Positions 21,772 through 31,788 of a DNA stretch of 64,000 nucleotides are shown here, one piece after another. The notes beneath the pieces are model-generated. The model searched no databases and was not told the DNA's origin. It saw only the letters and a program-made list of their open reading frames with translations. Origin of the DNA: Chloroflexota bacterium (GTDB lineage: Bacteria; Chloroflexota; Dehalococcoidia; Lucifugimonadales; GCA-002723415); contig PBKN01000012.1 of assembly GCA_002721445.1 (NCBI GenBank), positions 8,362 through 72,361 of the forward strand. Reading direction: 5' to 3'. Position 1 is the first letter of the stretch, and each line of letters opens with the position of its first letter. The position numbers and the translations under genes are program-made.

Positions 21772-22860
21772 CTAATATAAGTCTTTAATATAATCAACTA
21801 CTGAATCCCCAACTTTAGAAGTAGAAGATGTTCCTCCTAAATCTTTAGTCAAAATATTTCCCTCTTTAATTAATTGTTCTACAGCACTTTGTATAATTTT
21901 AGAAGAGCTACTTTCTCCTAAATGGTCTAACATCATTGCTCCAGAAAAAATAGTGGCCAAAGGATTTGACACACCTTGATCTATTATATCTGGGGCACTC
22001 CCATGAACTGGTTCAAACATAGAAGGAAAATTACGAGATGGATCAATATTTCCACTAGGAGCTAATCCCATACTCCCAGTAATTATTGCTCCAATATCTG
22101 TTAAAATATCGCCAAATAAATTACTCGCAACTACTACATCAAAAACTTCTGGTTTACGAATAAAATCCATACATGCTGCATCAACTAATAAAGATTCAGT
22201 TTTTATATCTGGATAATTTCTTGCAATATTATCAAATGCTCTATCCCATACAACCATTCCATATCCTTGAGCATTTGATTTCGTTACTGAAGTTACTAAT
22301 TTCTTATTTCCTCTTTTGCGTGCAAGCTGAAAAGCATAATTTATTACTCTTTCACAACCTCTTTTAGTAAATACTCCTGTTTGAATCCCAATTTCGTTAG
22401 AATCACCAAAGTACTGAAATCCACCAATATTAGCATATTCTCCTTCAGTGTTTTCTCTTATAACAACAAAATCTATTTCACCAGCCTTATAACCTTTGAG
22501 AGGGGAAGTTACACCTTGGTATAAAGTAGATGGACGTTCACAAACATATTGATCAAATTTCCTTCTTATTGGTAATAACAACCCATTTAAAGTAATGTGA
22601 TCTTGTAATTCAGGATGGCCTACAGCACCTAAATATATTGAATCAAAATTCAATAATTGATTGAGCCCATCATCTGGCATCATAAATCCGTTTTTGAAAT
22701 AATAATCAGAGCCCCAATCAAATTCAACAAAAGAAAAACTTATATTACTATTTTTCGAAATAAAATTTAATACTTTTAAGCCTTCCTCAATTACTTCAGG
22801 CCCTATGCCATCTCCTCTTATAACTGCTATATTATATTCTGACATATAATCTCCATTCAT
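21772..22860 (-). CDS. Isocitrate/isopropylmalate dehydrogenase superfamily, tartrate/D-malate dehydrogenase-like; probable start is the internal MSEYNIAVI
   Basis: 362 aa; IAVIRGDGIGPEVIEEG, VIRENTEGEYANIGG, SNLFGDILTDIGAIITGSMGLAPSGNI, EPVHGSAPDI. Confidence 0.88.
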   Translation of the reverse strand: MNGDYMSEYNIAVIRGDGIGPEVIEEGLKVLNFISKNSNISFSFVEFDWGSDYYFKNGFMMPDDGLNQLLNFDSIYLGAVGHPELQDHITLNGLLLPIRRKFDQYVCERPSTLYQGVTSPLKGYKAGEIDFVVIRENTEGEYANIGGFQYFGDSNEIGIQTGVFTKRGCERVINYAFQLARKRGNKKLVTSVTKSNAQGYGMVVWDRAFDNIARNYPDIKTESLLVDAACMDFIRKPEVFDVVVASNLFGDILTDIGAIITGSMGLAPSGNIDPSRNFPSMFEPVHGSAPDIIDQGVSNPLATIFSGAMMLDHLGESSSSKIIQSAVEQLIKEGNILTKDLGGTSSTSKVGDSVVDYIKDLY

Positions 22861-23354
22861 TTTTTTTCTGCATATTCAAAAGCTTTAATAGCAAGTGACT
22901 TTACATCTTCAGGTATAGTTTTAAATGAGCCATCAGGTGTCATTAAAGGCAAATCTCTCAATAAATCCTCCTTTAACACCCATAGCCAATCAGGTTTTAA
23001 TGAATATTTTTTTTCAACTAATTTACAAAAATATATCATATCTATATGGTTATGATTACCTATAATTTTATCTGAAATTTTTTCTAACATAATAATAAAT
23101 GGTGGTTCAATCTGAATAGGATCATCAAAATCTAATCTTTCCCTAGTATTTAATATTTCTACTTTAAGACCGGTTTCTTCAAAAACCTCTCTCAACACTG
23201 TTTGAGCTGGGTCTTCATTACTTTCTATATGTCCTCCAGGAGGTAACCAAGCTAAAACTTTAGGATGCCAATGAAGTAAAATAGCATTAGAATCTACAAC
23301 AAATCCTGTTGCAGTAAAATGACGTATATTACTCATAAAAAATACCTCAACCAA
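22857..23354 (-). CDS. NUDIX hydrolase
   Basis: 165 aa; Nudix box GGHIESNEDPAQTVLREVFEETGL. Likely start at the internal MSNIRHF. Confidence 0.88.
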   Translation of the reverse strand: MVEVFFMSNIRHFTATGFVVDSNAILLHWHPKVLAWLPPGGHIESNEDPAQTVLREVFEETGLKVEILNTRERLDFDDPIQIEPPFIIMLEKISDKIIGNHNHIDMIYFCKLVEKKYSLKPDWLWVLKEDLLRDLPLMTPDGSFKTIPEDVKSLAIKAFEYAEKK

Positions 23355-23363
23355 GAGAGAAAT

Positions 23364-23436
23364 GGCCCCAACGGAATTCGAATCCGTGTTTGCGCCTTGA
23401 AAGGGCGCTGTCCTAGGCCTCTAGACGATGGGGCCA
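23364..23436 (-). tRNA. trnE: tRNA-Glu (anticodon UUC)
   Basis: Reverse complement GGCCCCATCGTCTAGAGGCCTAGGACAGCGCCCTTTCAAGGCGCAAACACGGATTCGAATTCCGTTGGGGCCA folds as a cloverleaf: 7-bp acceptor GGCCCCA/TGGGGCC, anticodon stem GCGCC/GGCGC with loop CTTTCAA, T-loop TTCGAAT. No encoded CCA. Confidence 0.96.
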
Positions 23437-23469
23437 CAATAATTATTGAATATATGAATTATAATTCTT

Positions 23470-24504
23470 TTATGGGTATATAGCCAACTGTTTTAATCCC
23501 TCATCTTCATTAAATCCACACATAATATTCATATTTTGTACAGCTTGACCTGCAGCACCTTTAACTAAGTTATCTATAGAACTTATAACTATTATTTTTT
23601 TTGAAATATTATCAAGATATGGATATATAACACAGTTATTAGTCCCTAAAGTCTGTTTAGTCATTGGTGAAGAATCTATAATTTCAACAAATGGATGGTC
23701 TAAATAAAAATCTTTAAACAAATCTAAAAGTTGTATTTGCCCTTTATCACCTTCACTCAATACATTTTCTTTGAGAGAAGTATAAGATGTAGCTAATATT
23801 CCTCTTACCATAGGAGAAAGATGCGGGACAAAAGTTATACTAGTGTTTAGATTTGGATTTATTAAATCTAACTCTTGTTTGATTTCAGGCATATGCCTGT
23901 GATTGTTAACTGAATATGCTAGCATATTTTCTGTCATTTCAGAAAAATGAGTTTTTAATGCCAAAGCTCTTCCTGCACCAGAAACTCCAGATTTTGCATC
24001 TATAATAATATCATTAGTAATGATTTTATTATTAACTAAAGGAGCTAAGGCTAATATAGATGCGGTAGGATAACATCCAGGATTTGCTACTAAATTTGAA
24101 GATTCAATTTCATCTCTATATATTTCTGGTAAACCATATACTGATTTTTTCAGAATACTTGGATACAAGTGATCGTAATCATACCAAATTTTATATTGTT
24201 CTTTATTTTTCAACCTAAAATCTGCACTTATATCAACAATTTTCGTGTCTTTATCAATGTAATTTTTTATTTTTTCTGCACTAGCAGAATGTGGCAATGC
24301 AGAAAAAATAAATTTAACATTAGGATCTAATTCTTCAGTTATTCTTAAATTAACCTGAGAAAGATGTGGGAAAACTTCACCTAGCATTTTACCAACTGAA
24401 CTTCTACCAGTAACTGAAACTATATCCACTTCTTTATGTTGATATAAAATACGAGCTAGCTCAGAACCAGCATAACCAGTAACATTAATTATTCCAACTT
24501 TCAT
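23470..24504 (-). CDS. argC: N-acetyl-gamma-glutamyl-phosphate reductase
   Basis: 344 aa; VGIINVTGYAGSELARIL, NPGCYPTASILALAPL, GVSGAGRA, HRHMPEIKQEL. Confidence 0.97.
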   Translation of the reverse strand: MKVGIINVTGYAGSELARILYQHKEVDIVSVTGRSSVGKMLGEVFPHLSQVNLRITEELDPNVKFIFSALPHSASAEKIKNYIDKDTKIVDISADFRLKNKEQYKIWYDYDHLYPSILKKSVYGLPEIYRDEIESSNLVANPGCYPTASILALAPLVNNKIITNDIIIDAKSGVSGAGRALALKTHFSEMTENMLAYSVNNHRHMPEIKQELDLINPNLNTSITFVPHLSPMVRGILATSYTSLKENVLSEGDKGQIQLLDLFKDFYLDHPFVEIIDSSPMTKQTLGTNNCVIYPYLDNISKKIIVISSIDNLVKGAAGQAVQNMNIMCGFNEDEGLKQLAIYP

Positions 24505-24566
24505 TTAAGCCTCAATAATAAATACTATATGAATTAGATTACTATTATACAGTAAAAATCAAATTA

Positions 24567-25247
24567 TTATTCTTTTGATGGGCAAATAGTAGACAAAACA
24601 CATGAAGCACATTTAGGCCCTCTGGCCTGGCAAACTTCTCTACCATGCCTAATAAGATTCATGTGAAATGAAAATACTTTATCTGGTTTAATCATTTCTT
24701 CTAAAATCTCATGTGCATCATCAGCATTGATTTTATTATTAATAAAGCCTAACCTTTTTGAAAGACGAAAAATATGTGTGTCTACAGGCATTACAGGCAT
24801 ACCAAAAGAAAAACATAGAACTATTGCAGCAGTTTTGGGGCCTATACCAGGTAAAGATTTAAGCCATGACTTAGCCTCATCTATATCCATTTCTGATAAA
24901 AAAGAAAGATCGAATGAACCTATATTTTCGTAAATAATTTGGAGGACTTCTTTTATTCTAGATGCTTTTATTTTTGCTAGGCCTCCTCTATAAATTGCCG
25001 ATTCTACACTTTTAACAGGTGCATCTTTTAATAATTCAAAAGATTTAAATTTTTTAATTAAGCTATTAAATGCTCTAATAGAATTAATGTCAGAAGTATG
25101 TTGAGATAATATTGTATACACTAATTCAGATATGGGATCCCTTCTAGCTTCCCAATCAATTTCACCATATTCTTTTTGCAATAATTTTATTGTTTTATTA
25201 ATTTGTTTAATTTTTGAAGCAGTATCTTTTGAATTGCTTTTAATCAA
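24567..25247 (-). CDS. nth: Endonuclease III
   Basis: 226 aa; ISVYTILSQHTSDINS-like region, LPGIGPKTAAIVLCFSFG, MPVDTHIFR, [4Fe-4S] motif CQARGPKCASCVLSTICPS. Confidence 0.95.
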   Translation of the reverse strand: MIKSNSKDTASKIKQINKTIKLLQKEYGEIDWEARRDPISELVYTILSQHTSDINSIRAFNSLIKKFKSFELLKDAPVKSVESAIYRGGLAKIKASRIKEVLQIIYENIGSFDLSFLSEMDIDEAKSWLKSLPGIGPKTAAIVLCFSFGMPVMPVDTHIFRLSKRLGFINNKINADDAHEILEEMIKPDKVFSFHMNLIRHGREVCQARGPKCASCVLSTICPSKE

Positions 25248-25347
25248 ACCTTACCTCGTTTTAAATATATAATGATAAACATTTATACTTTAATTGATAT
25301 ATAATAACAAAATTAATTATATATCAATCTTAATAAGGATATGTAGC

Positions 25348-26280
25348 TTGGATGTAATAAATTTAATCAATAATATATCTGATGATAATATACCTTACAA
25401 ACATTCAGACTTAATCCATATTTCAAGTATTAACAAAAAACAATTAGAAGTATTTTTCAAAACTTGGAAAGGTATTTCTAAAACACGAAAAATAGATTTA
25501 TTAAAAAAATTCATTTTATTATCTGAAGAAAATGTTGAACTAGACTATTCTCAAATATTTATAAGATTTCTAACAGATGAAGAACCTGAAATTAACCAAC
25601 TCTCACTTGAAGGCTTATGGGAATATGAAGGTAGAGAAATAATTGATCCAGTTATAAGTTTACTTGATAAAATTCACTCTGTTGAAGTAAGAATTTCTGC
25701 TATTTCACTTTTAGGTATATATATCATGCATGCTCTAGATAAAAAAATAATTAAAAGAGATGCTGATAAAATAATTAATCAACTTAAGTTAATATTTAAA
25801 AATGAAAAAGATATAAATATAAGAAAAAAAGTGCTCGAAGCTATATCTCCTTATGGAGATGAAGAAATAAACATATTTATAAATCAAACATATAAATCAA
25901 ATAATATAGAGTTTAAAAAAAGTGCTATATTCTCAATGGGTCAAACTTACAACGAAAAGTGGTTACCTAAAATATTATCAGAATTAGATTCTATTAATCC
26001 TGGTATTAGATTTGAGGCAGTAAATGCTTATGCTAAACTTTGCAATTCAAATAATATTTCTCCTATAGTTAAACTTATAAAAGATAATGATCATGAAATA
26101 AGAATAGCCACGTTAAATGCTATAGGTGTAATTGGTGGAGAAACATCAATAAAATTTCTTGAAACCATTTCGAACAAATCTAATTCCAGTCTATCTAAAG
26201 CAGCAAATGAAATATTAAAGAATATAAAATCTGAAGAAAATTATTCCTTCTTCACTCCAATAGAAATAAATCCAAATTAA
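25348..26280 (+). CDS. HEAT-repeat protein
   Basis: Repeated units such as LIKDNDHEIRIATLNAIGVIGGETSIKFLE. Start placed at TTG 25348 with an AAGGA Shine-Dalgarno 8 nt upstream; the track ORF starts at 25294. Confidence 0.75.
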   Translation: MDVINLINNISDDNIPYKHSDLIHISSINKKQLEVFFKTWKGISKTRKIDLLKKFILLSEENVELDYSQIFIRFLTDEEPEINQLSLEGLWEYEGREIIDPVISLLDKIHSVEVRISAISLLGIYIMHALDKKIIKRDADKIINQLKLIFKNEKDINIRKKVLEAISPYGDEEINIFINQTYKSNNIEFKKSAIFSMGQTYNEKWLPKILSELDSINPGIRFEAVNAYAKLCNSNNISPIVKLIKDNDHEIRIATLNAIGVIGGETSIKFLETISNKSNSSLSKAANEILKNIKSEENYSFFTPIEINPN

Positions 26281-26308
26281 TTGATTTAAGCTTAGAAAAA
26301 CTAATTTA

Positions 26309-27250
26309 ATGACAATGTTAAAAAAATCAAATGATCATATCTGTGTAATTGGATCAGGCATAATTGGATCAGGCATAGCTTTAGATTTTGCTTTATCAGA
26401 TTATAAAGTAAAATTGATTACACGAACAAAAGAAAGTATAAAAAAGGCAAAAAGATTAATTACTGACGATATAAATTTTTTATTGAAAATTAAAAAAATA
26501 AGTGATAATGAAATTAAAAAAATAAAAAAGAAAATAGAATTTTCTTATTCAATAGAAAATTCTGTTAAAAACAGCCCTTTAATTATAGAAGCTATATATG
26601 AAAACCTACCTGATAAAATAGAATTATTTTCAAAACTAGATAAAGTATGTAATCCTGAGACCATAATTACCAGTAGCACTTCTAGTTTTCTGCCTGAGCA
26701 ATTTCAATTAAGCTCTAATCGTCAAAAAAACATAATTTTAACTCATTATATTAATCCGCCATATATTATTCCTTTAGTTGAAATTGTTCCTGGAAGTAAA
26801 AGTTCAGATAAAACCATATCTGCAGTATATGAATTACTAAAATCAATAAATAAAAAACCTGTTATCCTCGATAAACCTATACCAGGTTTTATATCTGTAA
26901 GATTACAAGTTGCCTTAATTAGAGAAGCTCTTTATTTGATCGATAATAATCTTGCAAGTGCTAAACAAATAGATGATGTAATCAAATACAGTATTGGTAG
27001 AAGGTGGGCAACATCTGGTTTATTAAAAACACTAGATCTAGGTGGCTGGGATGTTCAATCTAATATATATAAAACCCTTGTAACTGAATTATCCGATTCA
27101 AAAAATATTCCGAAAATACTTAAATCTAATCTACTTGAAAAAAAATTAGGAACTAAATCACAAGAAGGCTTCTATAAATGGACACCAGAAGAAATAATAG
27201 AAATAAAAACAAATATTGCTAAAATTTCTTATTATTTAGACAAATTTTAG
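26309..27250 (+). CDS. 3-hydroxyacyl-CoA dehydrogenase (3-hydroxybutyryl-CoA dehydrogenase-like)
   Basis: 313 aa; ICVIGSGIIGSGIALDFALSDYKVKLI, THYINPPYIIPLVEIVPG, GFISVRLQVALIREALYLIDNNLAS. Confidence 0.88.
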   Translation: MTMLKKSNDHICVIGSGIIGSGIALDFALSDYKVKLITRTKESIKKAKRLITDDINFLLKIKKISDNEIKKIKKKIEFSYSIENSVKNSPLIIEAIYENLPDKIELFSKLDKVCNPETIITSSTSSFLPEQFQLSSNRQKNIILTHYINPPYIIPLVEIVPGSKSSDKTISAVYELLKSINKKPVILDKPIPGFISVRLQVALIREALYLIDNNLASAKQIDDVIKYSIGRRWATSGLLKTLDLGGWDVQSNIYKTLVTELSDSKNIPKILKSNLLEKKLGTKSQEGFYKWTPEEIIEIKTNIAKISYYLDKF

Positions 27251-27261
27251 TATATCTAATT

Positions 27262-27729
27262 TTACAAAATACCAACAGCTTTAATTTCAACTAAATATTC
27301 ATCACTTACTAAAGATTCTACAACAAGTAAAGTATTTGCAGGATAATCATGATTAGGATAATAATTAGAGAAAACTTCTTTTCTAGCATCTAAAAAAGGT
27401 TTGATCGATTCTTTTCCAACTAAATAAGTTGTAAATTCTAATATATCGCTCATGTCAGCACTCTGACTATTTAATATAAGTTGAATATTTCTAAATGTCT
27501 GAACAGTTTGCTTGAATACATCATTTTTCCCAACTAGGGTTCCGTTTATATCTACACCTACTTGACCAGAGATAAAAATTAATTCATCCTTATTAGATTT
27601 AACTGCCTGAGAATATAAACCAAGAGCTCTTGGTGCTTTTTTCGTATTTATAATTGACTTAGTTCTAACCATATTTGTTTTTTCTCCTTTACAATAAAAA
27701 TTATAATAACCTCTCTTAAATCTCTTCAC
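27262..27729 (-). CDS. RidA/YjgF/YER057c/UK114 family protein
   Basis: 155 aa ORF, likely true start at the internal MVRTKSIINT; GLYSQAVKSNKDELIFISGQVGVD motif. Confidence 0.88.
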   Translation of the reverse strand: MKRFKRGYYNFYCKGEKTNMVRTKSIINTKKAPRALGLYSQAVKSNKDELIFISGQVGVDINGTLVGKNDVFKQTVQTFRNIQLILNSQSADMSDILEFTTYLVGKESIKPFLDARKEVFSNYYPNHDYPANTLLVVESLVSDEYLVEIKAVGIL

Positions 27730-27899
27730 TTATACGATAAGTTCAAACAATTCATGCTAACTATGATTCAAGGAGTTTAATGATGTAATTAAAATATTAA
27801 TAGCCTAGTTATACGCATACTTTTATTTAAAGTGCAACAAGCCTTAATCCACCAAATACTATTATTTGTCTTTCAGTGATATTTACTGTTTTCTCCTCA

Positions 27900-29279
27900 T
27901 TAATTTATATTATCTAGAATAGTTTGTCGTAATTGTGGTGCTCGAATAGATACTTCTCGGGCGATTTCATTTTCATCGACATTTAAAATTTTACTATTAC
28001 GCATGACTATCTGGCCATTAATAATCACGTCATTTACATCACTCCCACGTAAAGAATTTACAATCGCAAAGTAAGGATCGTCTATTGGTAAAGCATTGAG
28101 TCCCGGATTCAGAATCAGCAAGTCAGCGCGTTTTCCTGTTTCTAGCGAGCCAATTTCTTCATCAAGCCCACAAACACTTGCTCCTCCCAAAGTGGCCATT
28201 TTTACTAGCTCAAAAGGACTGATAACATTATCATCTAAATATGGGGTTCCATAATGTAGAGATTGAGCAATACCCGATAATTTCATGGCTTCAAATAAAT
28301 CCAATGAACCACGATTAGCTCCATCTGTACCTATTCCTATTTTAATACCTAACTTCTTCATTTGAACAAGTTTTGCCATACCTAAAGATGAAAAATTAGG
28401 AGATGGGCAATGAGCCACCCCTACTTGATGTTTGGCATATAGATCTACTTCTTTGTCGCTGAGCAAAACAGAATGGGCAGCGATTACATTTGAATTTAAG
28501 AATTCCAGGCTTGCAAGGTAATTTGCGGGTCTCATTCCATGATGGTCCTGAGCATGATAAATTTCATAGTGACCTTCATTGGCATGTGTTTGTACCATAG
28601 TGCTATATTCTTCTGCCATTTCAGCTGTTTTTTGTATTAGTTGTGGTGTACAAACTGTGATTTGCCGTAATGAGAAAACACCGCGAAGAAGACTATCATC
28701 ATCATTATTTTTGAATGGCCATCGTTGTACTACTTCTAGGTTTTTTTCAATTGCTTCTTCAGTCGAAAATAACATGTTATCTGGTAAATTCGGCAATCCA
28801 GTATCCATATCCATAGTAGAAATAGCTATAAGACCACGTATACCAACATTTTCTGCTGCTTTTACTAACTGTTCGGGATGACGTCCACCGTGTTCTGCAA
28901 AACAAGTAGTCCCAACACGTATTAAATTGCTATAAGCTGCTACACCACTTAAATATACATCTTCAGGAGTTAATTGTGACTCAAATGGAATGAGATAGTT
29001 CTTCCAAAAAGGATGTCGTGTTCCACTTCGAGCAATAGCAGCTCCCATTCCTCGCATCAAGTGCTGACATGTGTGGAAATGAGAATCTATCAGACCAGGC
29101 ATAATAATTTTTCCAGTTGCGTCAATTACCTGATCTACAGTTGTTTCAATATCTGAAGTGGTTTCATTTTGCGGAGCAATTGAAACAATTCGTGTTCCTT
29201 GTATAAGAATATGTCCATTATAAATAACACCCGATGATCCCATACTCACAATCGTGGCATTTTTTATCAATATATTCAT
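27900..29279 (-). CDS. Amidohydrolase, TrzA/AtzA/MtaD-type (chlorohydrolase/deaminase-like)
   Basis: 459 aa; IMPGLIDSHFHTCQHLMRG (HxH), THANEG, HSVLLSDKE, GTDGANRGSLDLFEAMK. Confidence 0.9.
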   Translation of the reverse strand: MNILIKNATIVSMGSSGVIYNGHILIQGTRIVSIAPQNETTSDIETTVDQVIDATGKIIMPGLIDSHFHTCQHLMRGMGAAIARSGTRHPFWKNYLIPFESQLTPEDVYLSGVAAYSNLIRVGTTCFAEHGGRHPEQLVKAAENVGIRGLIAISTMDMDTGLPNLPDNMLFSTEEAIEKNLEVVQRWPFKNNDDDSLLRGVFSLRQITVCTPQLIQKTAEMAEEYSTMVQTHANEGHYEIYHAQDHHGMRPANYLASLEFLNSNVIAAHSVLLSDKEVDLYAKHQVGVAHCPSPNFSSLGMAKLVQMKKLGIKIGIGTDGANRGSLDLFEAMKLSGIAQSLHYGTPYLDDNVISPFELVKMATLGGASVCGLDEEIGSLETGKRADLLILNPGLNALPIDDPYFAIVNSLRGSDVNDVIINGQIVMRNSKILNVDENEIAREVSIRAPQLRQTILDNIN

Positions 29280-29488
29280 AGATTACCTACACAACTATCT
29301 TATAAGTTGAGTTTCTATTTCTTTATTTTCAGTTGATACCATACCTATTCATTTCGATTAGATAAATATTACAACAGTTGTCATTAAAAGAGATAGGGGT
29401 TTTATATTAAAAGTATATCTATATCATATTGAATACATGTACTTTATAGAGCCTCTCATAACATATCATATATAGGTATTTAAATTTG

Positions 29489-29791
29489 TTATGTTGATTG
29501 ATACCCTTCAGTCCAATACGAAATATATTCACCATCCACCCAAGTTGGCTCTGAATCAAGATGTTCCATTATCTTTTGAAAATTTTCATGTTGGTCAGGA
29601 TTATTCGCATTTGCCAAATGCGCTTCCTTACTTTCAAAAACTGCAACTCCAATCCATTCAGGTTGATTATCAGGATTCATTAAAAACCAACTTATTCCTC
29701 CAGCAGGAGGCTCTTCTCTAGAATTGAAAACTGCTAACAATTGGTCTTCATGACCAGCTTTTACCTTCATTGTAAAAATAGTGCCATACAT
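29489..29791 (-). CDS. Small ABM-like (antibiotic biosynthesis monooxygenase / dimeric alpha-beta barrel) protein
   Basis: 100 aa; MYGTIFTMKVKAGHEDQLLAVFNSR ... WIGVAVFESKEAHLANANNP. Confidence 0.65.
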   Translation of the reverse strand: MYGTIFTMKVKAGHEDQLLAVFNSREEPPAGGISWFLMNPDNQPEWIGVAVFESKEAHLANANNPDQHENFQKIMEHLDSEPTWVDGEYISYWTEGYQST

Positions 29792-29837
29792 AAAAATACC
29801 TCTCTTTTAATTTAAAGACTTTCAAGTAATAAGTTCT

Positions 29838-30626
29838 CTATAACGATTTAATACAATCAGATTCAAGAGACTTTAATGGAGAAAAATCTCTGTTATTTTG
29901 ATACCAGGGTCTTGTAGCTTCTGTACAAGCATTACTTACAGCATTATAGTTCATATAAATTATTGACCTACTCCATGGGGAAACATTATTTGCTGATCCA
30001 TGCAAAACATTACAATGAACAAATGCAACTGATCCAGATGGACCAATTAATGGATCTATACCATATTTATTTGCTAAATTTTCTAATATATCATTAGTTA
30101 TATGATGTAATTCATAGCCTTTTCCTTCAGCATCTTTATGTAATGACGAAGTCAATAATCCTTCCTTATGGGAACCTGGTAAAACAAGTAGAGGAGATGT
30201 AACTGGGGTACAATCGTCAATAAAAATACTTGCCATAATACATTTAGGTTTTAACATTCCGTCAATTTTATGAAATGGAGGAAAATCTTGGTGCCAATCC
30301 CAAGAAGCACCAGATCCAAAACCTTGCTTAGGGTTTAACCTACTCTGGTGTAAATATACATTTTCATTTAATAACTGTCTAACAGGGTCTAAAATTTTTG
30401 GATGTAACGATAATCTGCGAAAAATTTCCGAATATACATGAACACCAAAAGCTAACCTTGTAGCAGAAATATCATGCTTTTCTCTAATTATTTCTGGACC
30501 TTTTCGGTTATATATATCAGGTAGCGCAGATTTTAATTTATTAATTTCATCAACATCGAGTAAAGAAGGAAAAAATAAATATCCTTTTTTATTATATTCT
30601 TGAACTTGTAACCCAGTTAAATTCAT
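29838..30626 (-). CDS. Phytanoyl-CoA dioxygenase (PhyH) family protein
   Basis: 262 aa; WDWHQDFPPFH metal motif, VHCNVLHGSANNVSPWSRSIIYMNY. Confidence 0.88.
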   Translation of the reverse strand: MNLTGLQVQEYNKKGYLFFPSLLDVDEINKLKSALPDIYNRKGPEIIREKHDISATRLAFGVHVYSEIFRRLSLHPKILDPVRQLLNENVYLHQSRLNPKQGFGSGASWDWHQDFPPFHKIDGMLKPKCIMASIFIDDCTPVTSPLLVLPGSHKEGLLTSSLHKDAEGKGYELHHITNDILENLANKYGIDPLIGPSGSVAFVHCNVLHGSANNVSPWSRSIIYMNYNAVSNACTEATRPWYQNNRDFSPLKSLESDCIKSL

Positions 30627-30672
30627 GGCTATTTATACCAACATAATTTTTGTTCAATGACTATCGAATGAA

Positions 30673-31767
30673 TTACTGTGTACATCCTCTGCCTGGAATA
30701 TCCCAGACTTCTTCAACTATTCCATTTCTAATACAAATATATTGATCCCATCTATTTACCAGCATATCTTGATAATGTGGTTCAAGTAATAATTTATCGC
30801 CAATAGCTAATGAGTCAGATTTATCTGTTGTAAACACAACATGATTTTCTCTAAACTTATCTACTTTAACATCAGGTCTTGAATATACCGTTGGGCCAAA
30901 TCCAGTCCAAGAATGAGCTAAAGTACCAACATCTCCAATAAATTTACAATCTGATGGATTACTTATTACTGTTGTAAGAATTTTATTTGCAAGTTTATAA
31001 CCCATATAATCATAAGTATGTCCCATTAATGCGTAACTACCACCTTCAACCTCAGTGACTCCAGGAATATCTGTTGCAACATCAATTGTAAAAGTCTCCC
31101 CACTTGAAACAATTTCTACTGGTATACCTTCTTGTTCTATAGCATTTTTAACATCTAAACAAATTTGTATAGTATCTCTTCCAACTTGCCATCTATCTTC
31201 CTGATCTATAAACTCCGGTAAAGATTGGTGACTCATAACTCCTTTAAATTTAACTCCTGGAAGATCTTGAGTTAATTTAGCAATTGCTACACCTTCTTCG
31301 TTACTCCTCACTCCGGCTCTACCCATTTGAGTGTCAACTTCTATTAATATACCTATTTCAACTGAATTTTTTGAAGCAATTGAAGAAATCATTTTGACAT
31401 TCTCGATATTATCTACACATACTTTTATATCAGCCTGCCTAGCTAACGCACACATACGAGAAATTTTATCAGAGTGTACAACTTGGTTAGGTATTAATAC
31501 ATCATTTATACCACCTTCAACCATAACTTCAGCTTCAGATAATTTTGCTGTACAAACACCACCAACAGTTCCACCTTTATTTATTTGCCTCAAAGCTAAT
31601 CTTGGGCTTTTGATATTTTTCGTATGTTGTCTCATTTTACAATCTGTATCTTTATAAAGATCAGAAACTGATTGCAAATTATAATCTAGTGCATCAAGAT
31701 CAACAATTAAAGAAGGTGTATCTAAATCTTCTAACAAAGTTCCAGGTAATGGCCTATAATTATCCAT
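30673..31767 (-). CDS. Alanine racemase N-terminal / D-threonine aldolase / D-serine dehydratase-like PLP enzyme
   Basis: 364 aa; DLDTPSLIVDLDALDYN, QHTKNIKSP (candidate PLP Lys), GVCTAKLSEAEVMVEGGINDVLIPNQVV, IEVDTQMGRAGVRS. Confidence 0.88.
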   Translation of the reverse strand: MDNYRPLPGTLLEDLDTPSLIVDLDALDYNLQSVSDLYKDTDCKMRQHTKNIKSPRLALRQINKGGTVGGVCTAKLSEAEVMVEGGINDVLIPNQVVHSDKISRMCALARQADIKVCVDNIENVKMISSIASKNSVEIGILIEVDTQMGRAGVRSNEEGVAIAKLTQDLPGVKFKGVMSHQSLPEFIDQEDRWQVGRDTIQICLDVKNAIEQEGIPVEIVSSGETFTIDVATDIPGVTEVEGGSYALMGHTYDYMGYKLANKILTTVISNPSDCKFIGDVGTLAHSWTGFGPTVYSRPDVKVDKFRENHVVFTTDKSDSLAIGDKLLLEPHYQDMLVNRWDQYICIRNGIVEEVWDIPGRGCTQ

Positions 31768-31788
31768 ATATACTCTCCTCTAAATTAT

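Noticed and set aside
28579-28881. 100-aa + ORF
   Set aside because: Antisense to the amidohydrolase. No recognisable domain.
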